A DNA stretch of 64,000 nucleotides, from positions 576,001-640,000 of the forward strand of contig OZ241841.1 in assembly GCA_965202665.1 (NCBI GenBank), written 5' to 3'. The stretch comes from Candidatus Spongiisociaceae bacterium (GTDB lineage: Bacteria > Actinomycetota > Acidimicrobiia > Spongiisociales > Spongiisociaceae). How positions within the stretch are numbered: the first letter of the stretch is position 1; the number at the start of each line of letters is the position of its first letter. The position numbers were made by a program, and so were the translations under genes. This document shows, piece by piece, positions 37,118-47,253 of the stretch. The notes under the pieces are model-generated. The model saw nothing but the letters and a program-made list of their open reading frames with translations, had not been told where the DNA came from and did no database searches.

Positions 37118-38035
37118 ATGGAACGTTTCACCGTTGACGTGCGGGGACCGGTGCACGGAATCGACTACGGCGGGGAAGGCCCCCTGGTTTTGCTGGTGCA
37201 CGGGCTGGGAGGTTCGTCCGTCAACTGGGTGGACATCGGAGGGAGCCTGACCCGGTTCGGGCGGGTTCTGGCCCCCGACCTGCCCGGCTTCGGGCGCACC
37301 CCCCCGGCGGGGCGCTCCGCCGCGGTGCGGGGGCTGGCCGACTTCCTGGCCGAGTTCATCAAGGCCCGCACCGACCGGCCGGCGATCGTGGTGGGCAACT
37401 CCATGGGGGCTCTGGCGGCCATGTTGCTGGCCGGGGAGCATCCCCGCTTGACGGAGAAAATGATCCTGATCGATCCGCCCGCCCCCGGCGGCGACCTGCG
37501 TTCCCTGAACCCGGTGTGGGCGGCGACCATGCTGGCCTATTTCATACCGGGCGTAAACCGGGCCCTCATGGCCTGGGTGTACCGGGGCTCCACACTCCGC
37601 CAACGGACCGCGGACGGGTTGCGGGTGCTGGCGGGCGACGGGTCCCAGGTATCCGACGAAACCGTGCGTCTCCATCTGGAAACGGTGATGGAACGCAGTC
37701 ATATGCCCTGGGTTTACCAAACCTACTTCAAGGCTTACCGTTCCATTTTCCGGCAGTTGCTCCCCGCCTGGAAATACGATCGGATGGCGCGCCGCATCAC
37801 CTGCCCGGTCCTGCTGATGCACGGCACCGCCGACTCGGTGGTCCCGTTCCGGGCGGCCGCCCGCCTGGCCGGAAAGCGCCCCGACTGGGACTTCGCCCCC
37901 CTCGCCGGGGCGGGGCATATCGCCATGCTGGAAACCCCCCGCCTGTTTCTGGAACTGGCTTCCGATTTCCTCTCCCGGCCCGCCTCCGGGGCCCTCCCGC
38001 CGGGCGGCGTACCGGTAAAATCGCAACCGTTGTAA
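37118..38035 (+). CDS. Alpha/beta hydrolase
   Basis: LVHGLGGS, DLPGFG, GNSMG nucleophile, HGTAD, AGH; AAAGGAG RBS. Confidence 0.9.
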   Translation: MERFTVDVRGPVHGIDYGGEGPLVLLVHGLGGSSVNWVDIGGSLTRFGRVLAPDLPGFGRTPPAGRSAAVRGLADFLAEFIKARTDRPAIVVGNSMGALAAMLLAGEHPRLTEKMILIDPPAPGGDLRSLNPVWAATMLAYFIPGVNRALMAWVYRGSTLRQRTADGLRVLAGDGSQVSDETVRLHLETVMERSHMPWVYQTYFKAYRSIFRQLLPAWKYDRMARRITCPVLLMHGTADSVVPFRAAARLAGKRPDWDFAPLAGAGHIAMLETPRLFLELASDFLSRPASGALPPGGVPVKSQPL

Positions 38036-38190
38036 AATGCGCAAATGCTTAGGCGCGCATAGGCGTGCTTAGGCGATGACAGAAGCGAGGGCGGCGGTCG
38101 GCGAACGGGCGCGGCGAGCCCGCCCCCGGCCGCGGGCGCCGGACACGGGAACGGCCGTCCGAAGAACGAAAGGGAAAAGGAGGAAACGCA

Positions 38191-38880
38191 ATGCCCAGCA
38201 AGCCGGAAATAGTTTTCCAACCGTTGTACACGGTTGAGCAGGCGGCGTCCATCTCCCAAGTGCCGGTTGACGTCGTGACGGAGTGGGCGCAACCGCCCGA
38301 TTTCATTATCAGCCTCCCCGACTCCGCACCCGGTGAAGCTTCTGTTTCCTTCACCGGAATGGTGGAACTGCTGGTGCTGGCCATCATCAATCCCGATCAG
38401 GACTTTCTGGAACATTTTTACCCAGCCCTGCCCTTTTTGGAATACAAATTTGGAAGAAACCGCCCGGTGTGCCACTACTGGTTCAAACACGACGGGCCCA
38501 AATTGCTGTGGGAATATTACAACCTTCATTCCACCCCGGAAAAAGCGGTAAAATTGTTGGATAAGTTTCACGGTTTAATCAGTTATGTAGGCGATCTAAA
38601 GGATTTTCTTTTCTGGGCCGAGTACAACATTAACAGATACACGCAACGCATTCAACTGCCCCAGTTTGAAACGGCCCCGGTATTGATGGATCCCGAAAAC
38701 CATTCCGGCTTTCCCTATTTCAGAGAAGGCGGCAGCAAGGTGGAGGATGTCATCAACTCTTTCCTAGCCGGTAACTCTTTGCAGGATTGTTCCATGGAAT
38801 ACGACGTTCCCGTCTTCCACATTGAAGATGTTCTCAAAAACAAGGACAAACCCTTCCACAACCCGCCGTCCCGTCCCTGA
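38191..38880 (+). CDS. DUF433-domain protein (antitoxin-like)
   Basis: N-terminal PLYTVEQAA HTH-like segment, C-terminal MDPENHSGFPYF..KVEDVINSFLAGNSLQDCSMEYDV; AGGAGG RBS; lower GC. Confidence 0.65.
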   Translation: MPSKPEIVFQPLYTVEQAASISQVPVDVVTEWAQPPDFIISLPDSAPGEASVSFTGMVELLVLAIINPDQDFLEHFYPALPFLEYKFGRNRPVCHYWFKHDGPKLLWEYYNLHSTPEKAVKLLDKFHGLISYVGDLKDFLFWAEYNINRYTQRIQLPQFETAPVLMDPENHSGFPYFREGGSKVEDVINSFLAGNSLQDCSMEYDVPVFHIEDVLKNKDKPFHNPPSRP

Positions 38881-39031
38881 ACATTCCCCGCCGCGTTTCA
38901 GTGTGTCCCACCTGCGGAGACGCCGATGTCATCCGTGTCCAGCCATTGGCCTGGTGGTTTTTGATTACGTTGTGTGTTACAGGTGGTATACTTGTGGTTG
39001 TCAGTAGGCAAGTGGAAGGATCTGATAGCAG

Positions 39032-39403
39032 ATGGACTTTTCTCAGCAGGTGGTTGCTTTGGAGACTGTAGACGATTGCATGCATCTCGTCCGTTTTCAG
39101 GAGGAGGAGGCTGTGCAGCTGGAGCGGGAGTTTCGGGTTGCGCTGTCTCGGGCGCGGGCGTCGGGGGCGGACGAACGGAAGTGCCGTATGGCGGAGATGC
39201 AGTTGGAGGATTTTATGGACGAGAGGCGACGGCGGGTACGTCTGTTACACGAGAGGGCTGAAGAGATAAAACGCAACCGGGCGAGCAACGCCGTAGACCT
39301 TGACCGCGGCTACTGCAACTACGACACGCAATCTACCGCTCCTCACTGGCGAGAGCTAGTGATTTTGCCAGATGACGTTCGGGGGCCGCCGCATAGCGGC
39401 TGA
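39032..39403 (+). CDS. Hypothetical helical protein
   Basis: 123-aa ORF with coiled-coil-like composition; no recognised motif. Confidence 0.45.
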   Translation: MDFSQQVVALETVDDCMHLVRFQEEEAVQLEREFRVALSRARASGADERKCRMAEMQLEDFMDERRRRVRLLHERAEEIKRNRASNAVDLDRGYCNYDTQSTAPHWRELVILPDDVRGPPHSG

Positions 39404-39752
39404 TGTGACGCATGGCGTCCCAGATCAGTGCAATGAGGGCGATGAACAGGGCGGCCTTCGACCAGAAGGATGGTTGTCCGCCGCTTCGGGGTGGTAGGTA
39501 GCGGTCAGTCCGGGGGGAGGTTGGTGGCCGCTGTGTAGTATCCGCCGGGTTACGGTCAGTTCTCCGTTGCGGATGATGGAGGACATCGTGATTACGGCCT
39601 GTTCGGCGACGGCGGCTATTTTCGGCGTACCGGTCTGAGGTAATCCGGGACTGAAACCACCGGCGGCGGAACCCAGAGTCTGGGTAGCCCAAAACGGGGC
39701 GCGTGCGGGCCTCGAACGAACCGGAACCCATGGGCCTCGCTAGTATGGGGAT

Positions 39753-40445
39753 ATGAGCGAACGGGTTCGGTTTTACAAACGACGGGGGTTCATCATCGGG
39801 GCGGTGTTGGTTGCCGTTCCGGCGCTGGCCGTTGCGTGGTGGCTGGGTTCGCCGCTGTTCATCGACCGGGTGGTGGACGAACCTTTCCCGCGGGCGGCGA
39901 TGGCGGTGGTGCCCGACGACATGACCGAAGAGCAGGTGGAGGAAATAATGGTGGAGGCCGAAGCCGAAGACGCGATGGTGGACGAACCGATGCCGGAAAT
40001 GCCCGCCCCCGCCGAAACCGCAACGACGACCGCCGAAACTACGGCCGCGACCGTCGCGGAAACTACCACCACCGCCGCCCCCCAACCGGCCGGGCCCGTT
40101 CTCCTCTACCAGGGAGTGTTCGTGGACGGCGACTCCTTTCACACCGGGTCGGGGGATGTGAAGGTTTACCGGCTGGAAGACGGCTCGTTGCTGTTGCGAC
40201 TGGAAGACATCGAAGTGCGCAACGGCCCCGATCTGAACGTGATCGTCACCCCCAGCCCCACCGTGGCCGGGCGGGACGATGTGCGGGTGGAAGGACACTT
40301 GGACCTGGGCGACCTGAAAGGCAACATCGGCTCTCAGAACTACGAATTGCCCGCCGAATTCACCCCGCCCGATGAGTTTTCGGTGGTGGTGTTCTGCGTT
40401 CCCTTCCAAGTGGTTTTCGCCTCCGCCGAAATGCGGCCCGTTTGA
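39753..40445 (+). CDS. DM13 domain-containing membrane-anchored protein
   Basis: N-terminal TM, GSGDVKVY..LRLEDIEVRNGPDL..DLGDLKGNIGSQNYELP. Confidence 0.88.
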   Translation: MSERVRFYKRRGFIIGAVLVAVPALAVAWWLGSPLFIDRVVDEPFPRAAMAVVPDDMTEEQVEEIMVEAEAEDAMVDEPMPEMPAPAETATTTAETTAATVAETTTTAAPQPAGPVLLYQGVFVDGDSFHTGSGDVKVYRLEDGSLLLRLEDIEVRNGPDLNVIVTPSPTVAGRDDVRVEGHLDLGDLKGNIGSQNYELPAEFTPPDEFSVVVFCVPFQVVFASAEMRPV

Positions 40446-40462
40446 CATCGGGGAGAAACCTG

Positions 40463-40921
40463 ATGAGCGGCGGCCTGTCCATGGAGGATGTTCGGAAGTT
40501 TGCGGCGGCGGACCGGGGGTTGGCGGTGGTTTCGCTGGCCCGGGAAGACGGGTCGGTTCATTCCTCGGTGGTCAACGCCGGGGTGCTCCACCACCCGCTG
40601 ACCGGTGAAAGCGCGGTGGGAATGGTGGTGCGGGGCGGAACCGTGAAACTGCGCCGCTGGCGGACCTTGCCGAAAGCCGCGGTGGTGTTCAGAACCGGCT
40701 GGTCGTGGATCGGCGTCGAAGGGGAAGTTTCCATTATCGGCCCCGATGACCCGGCGGAAGGTTTCAACCCGGCCGGCCTGTCGCAGTTGCTGCGGGATGT
40801 TTTCACCGCCGCCGGAGGAACCCACGACGACTGGGACGAATACGACCGGGTGATGCGGGAAGAGTCCCGAACGGCGGTTTTCGTCCTCCCCTCCCGCATC
40901 ACCGGGAGCGGCCGCCTCTAA
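40463..40921 (+). CDS. PPOX-class F420-dependent oxidoreductase
   Basis: REDGSVHSSVVNAG, GWSWIGVEG, AAGGTHDDWDEYDRVM. Confidence 0.85.
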   Translation: MSGGLSMEDVRKFAAADRGLAVVSLAREDGSVHSSVVNAGVLHHPLTGESAVGMVVRGGTVKLRRWRTLPKAAVVFRTGWSWIGVEGEVSIIGPDDPAEGFNPAGLSQLLRDVFTAAGGTHDDWDEYDRVMREESRTAVFVLPSRITGSGRL

Positions 40922-40947
40922 AACCCGGTTAAAATCCCCGGCTATTT

Positions 40948-41121
40948 TCAGCGGCGGCGGGAGGGGATGTCCAACAGGAAAAACACCACTCCCGCCAGCC
41001 AAACTGCGGAACCCCACGTCGTCCACCAGTCGCCGGCCCGCAACGCGCCGACCAAAAACGCGACCCCTGACAGGAAAAAGAGCCCCCACCCCAGCATCTC
41101 GAAGCGGCCGCCCAAGGTCAA
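40948..41121 (-). CDS. Small two-TM membrane protein (57 aa), not in the ORF track
   Basis: MTLGGRFEMLGWGLFFLSGVAFLVGALRAGDWWTTWGSAVWLAGVVFFLLDIPSRRR; TTG overlaps the upstream stop (TTGA). Confidence 0.65.
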   Translation of the reverse strand: MTLGGRFEMLGWGLFFLSGVAFLVGALRAGDWWTTWGSAVWLAGVVFFLLDIPSRRR

Positions 41122-42578
41122 CCCAGCCCGGTGCGCTCGTTGAAGGCGGTTATCAGTTCGTCCAGCGGCCCGGCCTGGGCCTGAATCCCCGTCCAGTAAT
41201 CATCGTCGTACCACTGCGCCTGCAACTCTTCGGCGGTGCGGCCCTGCTGCTCCACCCAGGTGTAGTACTTGAGGTTGTGGATCCGTTTGCGGTCGTAGTA
41301 GCCCAACTCGCGTGTGTGTTCGGTGGAGGCTCCCAGCAGATGACGATGGAAGGCGGCGGCCGCGTCCCGGTCGGTGAAAGACCCCCGATCTTCGGCCAAC
41401 TCGTGCAGTCGGCTGCGATACATGTCCATGGAGTCGGTGGCGATGGTGGCCAGCACGTCCCGTTCGGTCATCTCCAGGTATTTGGCCAGTTTTATAGCGG
41501 ACAGGAGATTGGCGATCCCGGACACGCCCAGCAGGGGAAGGTCGGCGATGGTTTCGGGGGGGACGCCCTGATCGGCCAGAAAGTCCTGACCGGCCGGTTC
41601 GTTGAACAGCCGCTCCAAGGCCACCGCCGCCTCGTCGTCCACCCCGATGGCGAAGTCGGTGTTTTTTACGTTGTGCACCCAGGGAATGTGCTTGTCGCCT
41701 ATGCCTTCGATGCGATGCTCGCCGAAGCCGTTGAGCAGGATGGTGGGGCACTGCACCGCCTCCCCGGCCGCGATCAGCGACCCGGGGAAAACCTGTTTCA
41801 GATAGTCGCCGGCGGCGATGGTGCCCGCCGAACCGGTGGTGACCGCAAACCCCCGGAAGCGGTCCCGCCCGCCTGAGACGGCGCGCACCGCCTCCTCCAC
41901 GGCCGGGCCGGTAACCGACGTATGCCACAGGTAGTTGCCCAGCTCGTCGAACTGGTTGAAGATGACCAGATCCTGGCCGGAGTTTCTGAGCTCGGCGCAT
42001 TTGTCGAAAATCTCTTTGACGTTGGATTCGGAACCGGGCGTTTTGATTATCTCCCCCGCCACCGACTCCAGCCAGGCGAAGCGCTCCCGGCTCATCCCCT
42101 CCGGGAGGATGGCGATGGATTCGCATCCCAGCAGATGGGAATCGTAGGCCCCGCCCCGGCAGTAGTTGCCGGTGGACGGCCACACCGCTTTCTGCGCGGC
42201 CGGGTTGAAAGTTCCGGTCACCAGGCGGGGGGCCAGGCAACCGAAGGCCGCCCCCACCTTGTGGGCCCCGGTGGGGAACCATTTGCCGACCAGGGAGATA
42301 ATCCGGGCGGGGACGCCGGTCAGTTCCGGGGGCCACTGCACCGCGTTGACCGGTCCGAAGCCGCCCCCCCGTTCCACCGGCTGGTTGTGCCAGGTGATGC
42401 GGAACAGGTTCAGGGGATGCAGATCCCACAGCCCGATTTGCCGCAGGTCGTTTTGGACGTCGGGGGGAATCAGGGACGGATCGCGCATCTGGGCCAAAGT
42501 GGGAATGCGCACCCCGCGGCGGCGGGTGTGTTCCACCACCTCCGGCAGGGCCGCTTGGTTGACGGTCAGATCGATCAT
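41118..42578 (-). CDS. PLP-dependent enzyme, cysteine synthase/TrpB-fold
   Basis: FPTGAHKVGA (PLP Lys), WPSTGNY, TGSAGT, HRIEGIG. Confidence 0.85.
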   Translation of the reverse strand: MIDLTVNQAALPEVVEHTRRRGVRIPTLAQMRDPSLIPPDVQNDLRQIGLWDLHPLNLFRITWHNQPVERGGGFGPVNAVQWPPELTGVPARIISLVGKWFPTGAHKVGAAFGCLAPRLVTGTFNPAAQKAVWPSTGNYCRGGAYDSHLLGCESIAILPEGMSRERFAWLESVAGEIIKTPGSESNVKEIFDKCAELRNSGQDLVIFNQFDELGNYLWHTSVTGPAVEEAVRAVSGGRDRFRGFAVTTGSAGTIAAGDYLKQVFPGSLIAAGEAVQCPTILLNGFGEHRIEGIGDKHIPWVHNVKNTDFAIGVDDEAAVALERLFNEPAGQDFLADQGVPPETIADLPLLGVSGIANLLSAIKLAKYLEMTERDVLATIATDSMDMYRSRLHELAEDRGSFTDRDAAAAFHRHLLGASTEHTRELGYYDRKRIHNLKYYTWVEQQGRTAEELQAQWYDDDYWTGIQAQAGPLDELITAFNERTGLG

Positions 42579-42707
42579 CGCCTCCCTTTCCGGTCGCGCT
42601 GTTCGGGCCCGGGCGCCAGCGGGAGAAACCGGGGCCCTGTCCTGTTTCTACCTTCAATCTACAAATCTACCCGTCCCGCGCCGGACGGCGCACCCGCCGG
42701 CGGGCAT

Positions 42708-44003
42708 TCACCGCTGGCCGCGTTCGCCCAGGGCCCGGGCGATTTCGTCCAAGGCGGCCGGGCCGGGGGCGATGCGCAACGGTTGAATCCCCGACCTTTC
42801 CATGCCGTCCAACACCCCGCGCACGTCTTTCAGCCCGGAACCGGTGGAAATGACCACCGCCCGGTCTTGGGGGCCGGTCCCGGGGAGGTTGCGGGCCGCG
42901 GCCCGGGCCAAACCGGCGAAAGCGGCGGCCGCGGCCGGCTCCGGGAAAACCCCGGTGCGGGCGGCCGCGGTAGGAATCATGCGCAGAATCTCATCATCGT
43001 CCACCACCACCCAGCTCCCCCCGGAGTCCCGGACGGCGGCGGCCGCCTTCACCCGGTCGCGGGGCAGGTCGGCGCTGATTGAATCAGCCGCGGTTTGCGC
43101 CGGGACGGGAAGCTTGGCCGCCACATCCTCCCGGTCGGCGGCGGCCTGCGCCAGAAAAGAACTGCCCCGGGCCTGCACCCCGTACAAGCGGGGCATGCGG
43201 TCGATCCAGCCCAGGGCCAGGGCGTCCCGGAAGCCTTTGTGAACGCCGCCGATGATGGAGCCGTCCCCCACGCTGACGAAAACCGCCTGCGGGGGGTCCC
43301 ACCCCGTCTGCTCGGCGATTTCCAAGGCGACCGTTTTCTTCCCCTCCCCCACGTAAGGGTTCACTCCGGTGTTGCGGTTGTACCAGCCGAACCGCTCCAC
43401 CGCCGCCTGGCACAGGTCGAAAGCGGCGTCGTATCCGCCTTCCACCAGCACCACTTCGGCGCCGAAGGCCAGCAGTTGCGCCACTTTGGCTTCGGGGGCG
43501 GCGGCGGGGACGAAGATCACCGCCCGCTGGCCGGTTTCGGCCGCCAAACCGGCCAGGGCGGCGGCGGCGTTGCCGGTGGAGGCGGTGGTCGCCGCCTCCG
43601 CTTTTTCCTCCGCGGCCCGGGCCAGGGCCACCGCCGAAGCCCGGTCTTTCAGGGAAGCGGTGGGCCCGCGGCCTTCGTCTTTGACGAGAACCTCCCCCAC
43701 CCCCCATTCCTCCGCCAACCGGGGGGCGGCCAGCAAGGGCGTGCCCCCCACTCCCAGCCGGGAACGGGGCGCAATCGGGGAGTTGCTTTGGGTTTGGCGG
43801 AGGGGCAGCAGGGGCAGGTAGCGCCAGAGTGACCGGTCCGGGTCGGCGGCCAAACTTTCCCGGGTGAGAACCCGTCCGACGGCCCGGTAGTCGTATTCCG
43901 CATCCAAAGTGCCCGCCGGTCCGCACCGGTCGCAGGTGTAGCGCCCCGGTTGCATCCGGTAGATTTCCCCGCACAGGGTGCAACGCAGGCCTGTGACGAA
44001 CAT
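42708..44003 (-). CDS. Threonine synthase-like PLP enzyme
   Basis: N-terminal CxxC..CxxC, PTASLKDR, ASTGNAA, EGKKTVALE, SVGDGS, TGSGLKD. Confidence 0.85.
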   Translation of the reverse strand: MFVTGLRCTLCGEIYRMQPGRYTCDRCGPAGTLDAEYDYRAVGRVLTRESLAADPDRSLWRYLPLLPLRQTQSNSPIAPRSRLGVGGTPLLAAPRLAEEWGVGEVLVKDEGRGPTASLKDRASAVALARAAEEKAEAATTASTGNAAAALAGLAAETGQRAVIFVPAAAPEAKVAQLLAFGAEVVLVEGGYDAAFDLCQAAVERFGWYNRNTGVNPYVGEGKKTVALEIAEQTGWDPPQAVFVSVGDGSIIGGVHKGFRDALALGWIDRMPRLYGVQARGSSFLAQAAADREDVAAKLPVPAQTAADSISADLPRDRVKAAAAVRDSGGSWVVVDDDEILRMIPTAAARTGVFPEPAAAAAFAGLARAAARNLPGTGPQDRAVVISTGSGLKDVRGVLDGMERSGIQPLRIAPGPAALDEIARALGERGQR

Positions 44004-44051
44004 TTCCGGCTCCTTCGTTCCCGTTCTCTTCCCCGGCGGGCGGTCCATTCG

Positions 44052-44990
44052 CTAATCGGGGGGGATGGCGCCCCGGCGTTCGGTGATCAACCGGTAATAC
44101 TCCGGCATTCGGTAGATATCGAAGTCGAACAGGGTGCCTTTGTAATGTTCGCAGAAGTCCAAATCCAGCACCGCCGACACCACCTCGTCTTCGGTGGTGA
44201 TGGCCTGGGCGATGATTTGGCCGGAGGGGGCGATGATTACGCTCTGCGCCAGCGACTCCACTCCCTCCTCGATGCCGCCTTTGGCCACCCCCACCACGAA
44301 CGCCCCGTTGTGGTAGGCCCCCGCCTGCATGACCAGATGGTTGTGGAAAGCCGCCAAGGCGTCCTGGCTGGGATCGGGCGCGTAATAGAGGGGGGTGTTG
44401 TAACCGATCAGGATCAACTCCGCCCCTTGCAGTCCCAGCACCAGGTAGGTCTCCGACCAGCGCCGGTCGTTGCAGATGGCCATCCCCACCACGCCGTTGA
44501 AAGCCCGCCAGGTACCGAACCCGTCCGGGCCTGGTTCGAAATAGTGGCGTTCGGCGTGTTGGAAAGGGCGCCACGACTCGTTGCGGTCGTGGCCGGGGAT
44601 GTGCACTTTGCGGAATTTGGCCACCTCGGATCCGTCCCGCTCCACTAAAATGTAGGAGTTGTAGCGGTGTTCCACTCCGGCGGAGTCGGTGTGGATTTCG
44701 GCGTATCCGAGGGCGAACCCGATTCGGAGGCGGCGGGCTTCTTCGAACAGGGGGGCGGTGTCCTCATCGGGCATCTCCCGGTGGTAGTAGTGGTCGAATT
44801 CGGAAACGTCTTCCACGTACCAGCGGGGAAAGAAGGTGGTGAGGGCCAACTCCGGGTAGACCAGCACCTCCACTTGGCGGTCGGCCGCCTCCCGCAACAT
44901 GGCGATCAGGCGCTCCACCACCTCCGATTTGGACTCATCGCGGGCGATGGGGCCCATCTGGGCCGCCCCCACCGTTATCAGTCTGGCCAT
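44052..44990 (-). CDS. N-carbamoyl-D-amino acid amidohydrolase (nitrilase family)
   Basis: AAQMGPI, YPELALTTFFPRW, FRKVHIPGH, ICNDRRW, GYNTP. Confidence 0.9.
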   Translation of the reverse strand: MARLITVGAAQMGPIARDESKSEVVERLIAMLREAADRQVEVLVYPELALTTFFPRWYVEDVSEFDHYYHREMPDEDTAPLFEEARRLRIGFALGYAEIHTDSAGVEHRYNSYILVERDGSEVAKFRKVHIPGHDRNESWRPFQHAERHYFEPGPDGFGTWRAFNGVVGMAICNDRRWSETYLVLGLQGAELILIGYNTPLYYAPDPSQDALAAFHNHLVMQAGAYHNGAFVVGVAKGGIEEGVESLAQSVIIAPSGQIIAQAITTEDEVVSAVLDLDFCEHYKGTLFDFDIYRMPEYYRLITERRGAIPPD

Positions 44991-45260
44991 CGTCAACCTC
45001 CGCTCGCTCCGTTACCCGGTCATCCTCCCCCGGCGGCCTTTCGTTCTCCGGGCGGTTGCGCTCGTCCCTCCCCCGCTTACGACGCTTGCGAAAACCGGGG
45101 TTGCGCGCTTTTGGGCGGGGCGGGGGCAGGGCGATTTTTTGGGCGAGCCTCGCTGGAACTCGTATGTTGAATGCTGAATACTAGTTTGCGTTTGAGGGCG
45201 GCGCGGGCATTGGAGGCGGCAGGGACTCTGCCGGCGGGCTTATGTTTGCGGGCGGCGGGA

Positions 45261-47183
45261 TTACTCGCCGCCTTCTCCGGCCGGGACGGGAACGGGTTGG
45301 GAGCGAAACTGGGTGCGGTACAGACGGGCGTACAATCCGTCGGCGGCCAGCAGTTCGTCGTGGGTTCCCCGCTCCGCCAACCGCCCCTCGTCCATCACCA
45401 GAATGCGGTCCGCGGACAAGATGGTGGACAGGCGGTGGGCGATTACCAGCGAAGTCCGGCCCCGCATCACCCGCTCCAAAGCCTCCTGGATGAGGGCCTC
45501 CGACTCGGAGTCCAGATGGGCGGTGGCTTCGTCCAAAATCAGGATGCGGGGGTCTTTCAAAATCACCCGGGCCAAGGCGATGCGCTGCTTCTCTCCCCCC
45601 GACAGGCGGTAGCCCCGTTCCCCCACCACCGTTTCGTATCCTTCCGGCAAAGAAACTATGAACTCGTGGATGTTGGCCGCCCGGGCCGCCGCCTCCAACT
45701 CCTCCCAGCCGGCGTCCGGTTTGGCGTAACGGAGGTTGGCGGCGATCGTGTCATGAAACAGAAACGTCTCCTGGGTGACCATCCCCACCGCCTCTTCCAG
45801 CGAATCCAGGTCGGCCCGCCGCACATCCACTCCCCCCACCCGCACCTCCCCCCGGTCGATGTCGTACAAGCGGGGAACCAGATACCCTATCGTGGTCTTG
45901 CCCGCCCCGGAAGGTCCCGCCAAAGCCGTCAACTCCCCCGGCTCGATGCGGAACGACACATCCTGCAAAGCGTGGGGCCGCCCCACGGCCGGAGCCGCCT
46001 CCTCCTCCCCGTCGGGCTGGTCGGGGGCCCCGAACCGGGCCACGGCCTCCAACCGGGCCGCTTGGCGCGAATGGTAGGAAAACCACACCCGGTCGAACTC
46101 CACCGACCCCGGCCGGGAACGGACGTCGACCGCCCCCGGTTCGGACTTTATTTCAACTTCCAGATCCAGCACCTCGAACACCCGCTCGAACGACACCAGG
46201 GAAGTGGCGAACTCCACCCGGGCGTTGGATATGGCCGACAGCGGCCCGTACAACTGGACCAGCAAAGTGGAGAACATCACCACCGTCCCCAGGCTCAAAC
46301 CGCCCCTGATTACCAGATACCCGCCGAACCAGAACACCACCGCCGTCCCGATGGCGCTCACCAGCCCCAGCGCGGCGAAAAACCACATTCCGATCAGGGC
46401 CCCCCGCACCCCCAGGCGGCGCACCTCGGCCGCCTCTCCCGAAAACCGGTCCGCCTCGTCTTTTTTACGTCCGAACAGTTTCACCGCCAACGCCCCGCTC
46501 ACGTTGAACGTTTCGTTGAGAATGGACGACATGCGGGCGTTGTGCTGCATCTGGCGGTGGGTCACCTTGCGCAACATCCGGGCCACGCGGCGGGCCGGGA
46601 AAATGAACAGGGGAAGGGCGGCCACCGCCAGCAAAGTCAGCCGCCATTCGGCCCGCAGCATCACCGACATCACCACCGCCACCGAAACCAGATTGGAGGC
46701 GATGGTCACGAAAGTGCCGGTGATGGCCGTCTGCGCGCCCACCACGTCGTTGTCCAAGCGGGACACCAACTCCCCGGTTTTGGTGGCGGTGAAAAACCGG
46801 AGCGACATGGACTGCAGATGCCGGTACAGCCCGCACCGCAGGTCGAAGATGATCCCCTCCCCGGCGGCGGAGGCCATCCAGCGCTGGGCTATCCCCACCA
46901 GGGCGTTGACCAGGGGAACGGCCACCATTCCCGCCCCCAGCAGGGTCAGCAGGCCCAGGTCGGCCTCGGGGATGGCCCGGTCCACCAGCTCCCGCACCAG
47001 CAGGGGCGGGACCACCGTCAGCCCGGAAATAATGAAGATGGTGACCAGCACCCCGAACAGGGCCCAGCGGTAGGGGCGGCCGTAGGCGAACACCCGGCGC
47101 AACAGGTCCCGGTCGAACTCCGGCGCCCGTTGCCGGTCGTCGTGCAAGAAGCCCCTCCACCCGTATCCCCAACCGCTCCACAT
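45261..47183 (-). CDS. ABC transporter, fused permease/ATPase
   Basis: TM domain plus GPSGAGKT, LSGGEKQR, LILDEAT, IAHRLST. Confidence 0.92.
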   Translation of the reverse strand: MWSGWGYGWRGFLHDDRQRAPEFDRDLLRRVFAYGRPYRWALFGVLVTIFIISGLTVVPPLLVRELVDRAIPEADLGLLTLLGAGMVAVPLVNALVGIAQRWMASAAGEGIIFDLRCGLYRHLQSMSLRFFTATKTGELVSRLDNDVVGAQTAITGTFVTIASNLVSVAVVMSVMLRAEWRLTLLAVAALPLFIFPARRVARMLRKVTHRQMQHNARMSSILNETFNVSGALAVKLFGRKKDEADRFSGEAAEVRRLGVRGALIGMWFFAALGLVSAIGTAVVFWFGGYLVIRGGLSLGTVVMFSTLLVQLYGPLSAISNARVEFATSLVSFERVFEVLDLEVEIKSEPGAVDVRSRPGSVEFDRVWFSYHSRQAARLEAVARFGAPDQPDGEEEAAPAVGRPHALQDVSFRIEPGELTALAGPSGAGKTTIGYLVPRLYDIDRGEVRVGGVDVRRADLDSLEEAVGMVTQETFLFHDTIAANLRYAKPDAGWEELEAAARAANIHEFIVSLPEGYETVVGERGYRLSGGEKQRIALARVILKDPRILILDEATAHLDSESEALIQEALERVMRGRTSLVIAHRLSTILSADRILVMDEGRLAERGTHDELLAADGLYARLYRTQFRSQPVPVPAGEGGE

Positions 47184-47253
47184 ATTTCACCTCCGGCTGC
47201 TAAGAAGGGCTATTTTACGACAGCACGGCGGTTACCGGAAACGGGGCCGGAAA

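Noticed and set aside
39333-39600. Small minus-strand membrane protein (SFWSKAALFIALIALIWD)
   Set aside because: No clear start or RBS, and it overlaps the 39032-39403 ORF
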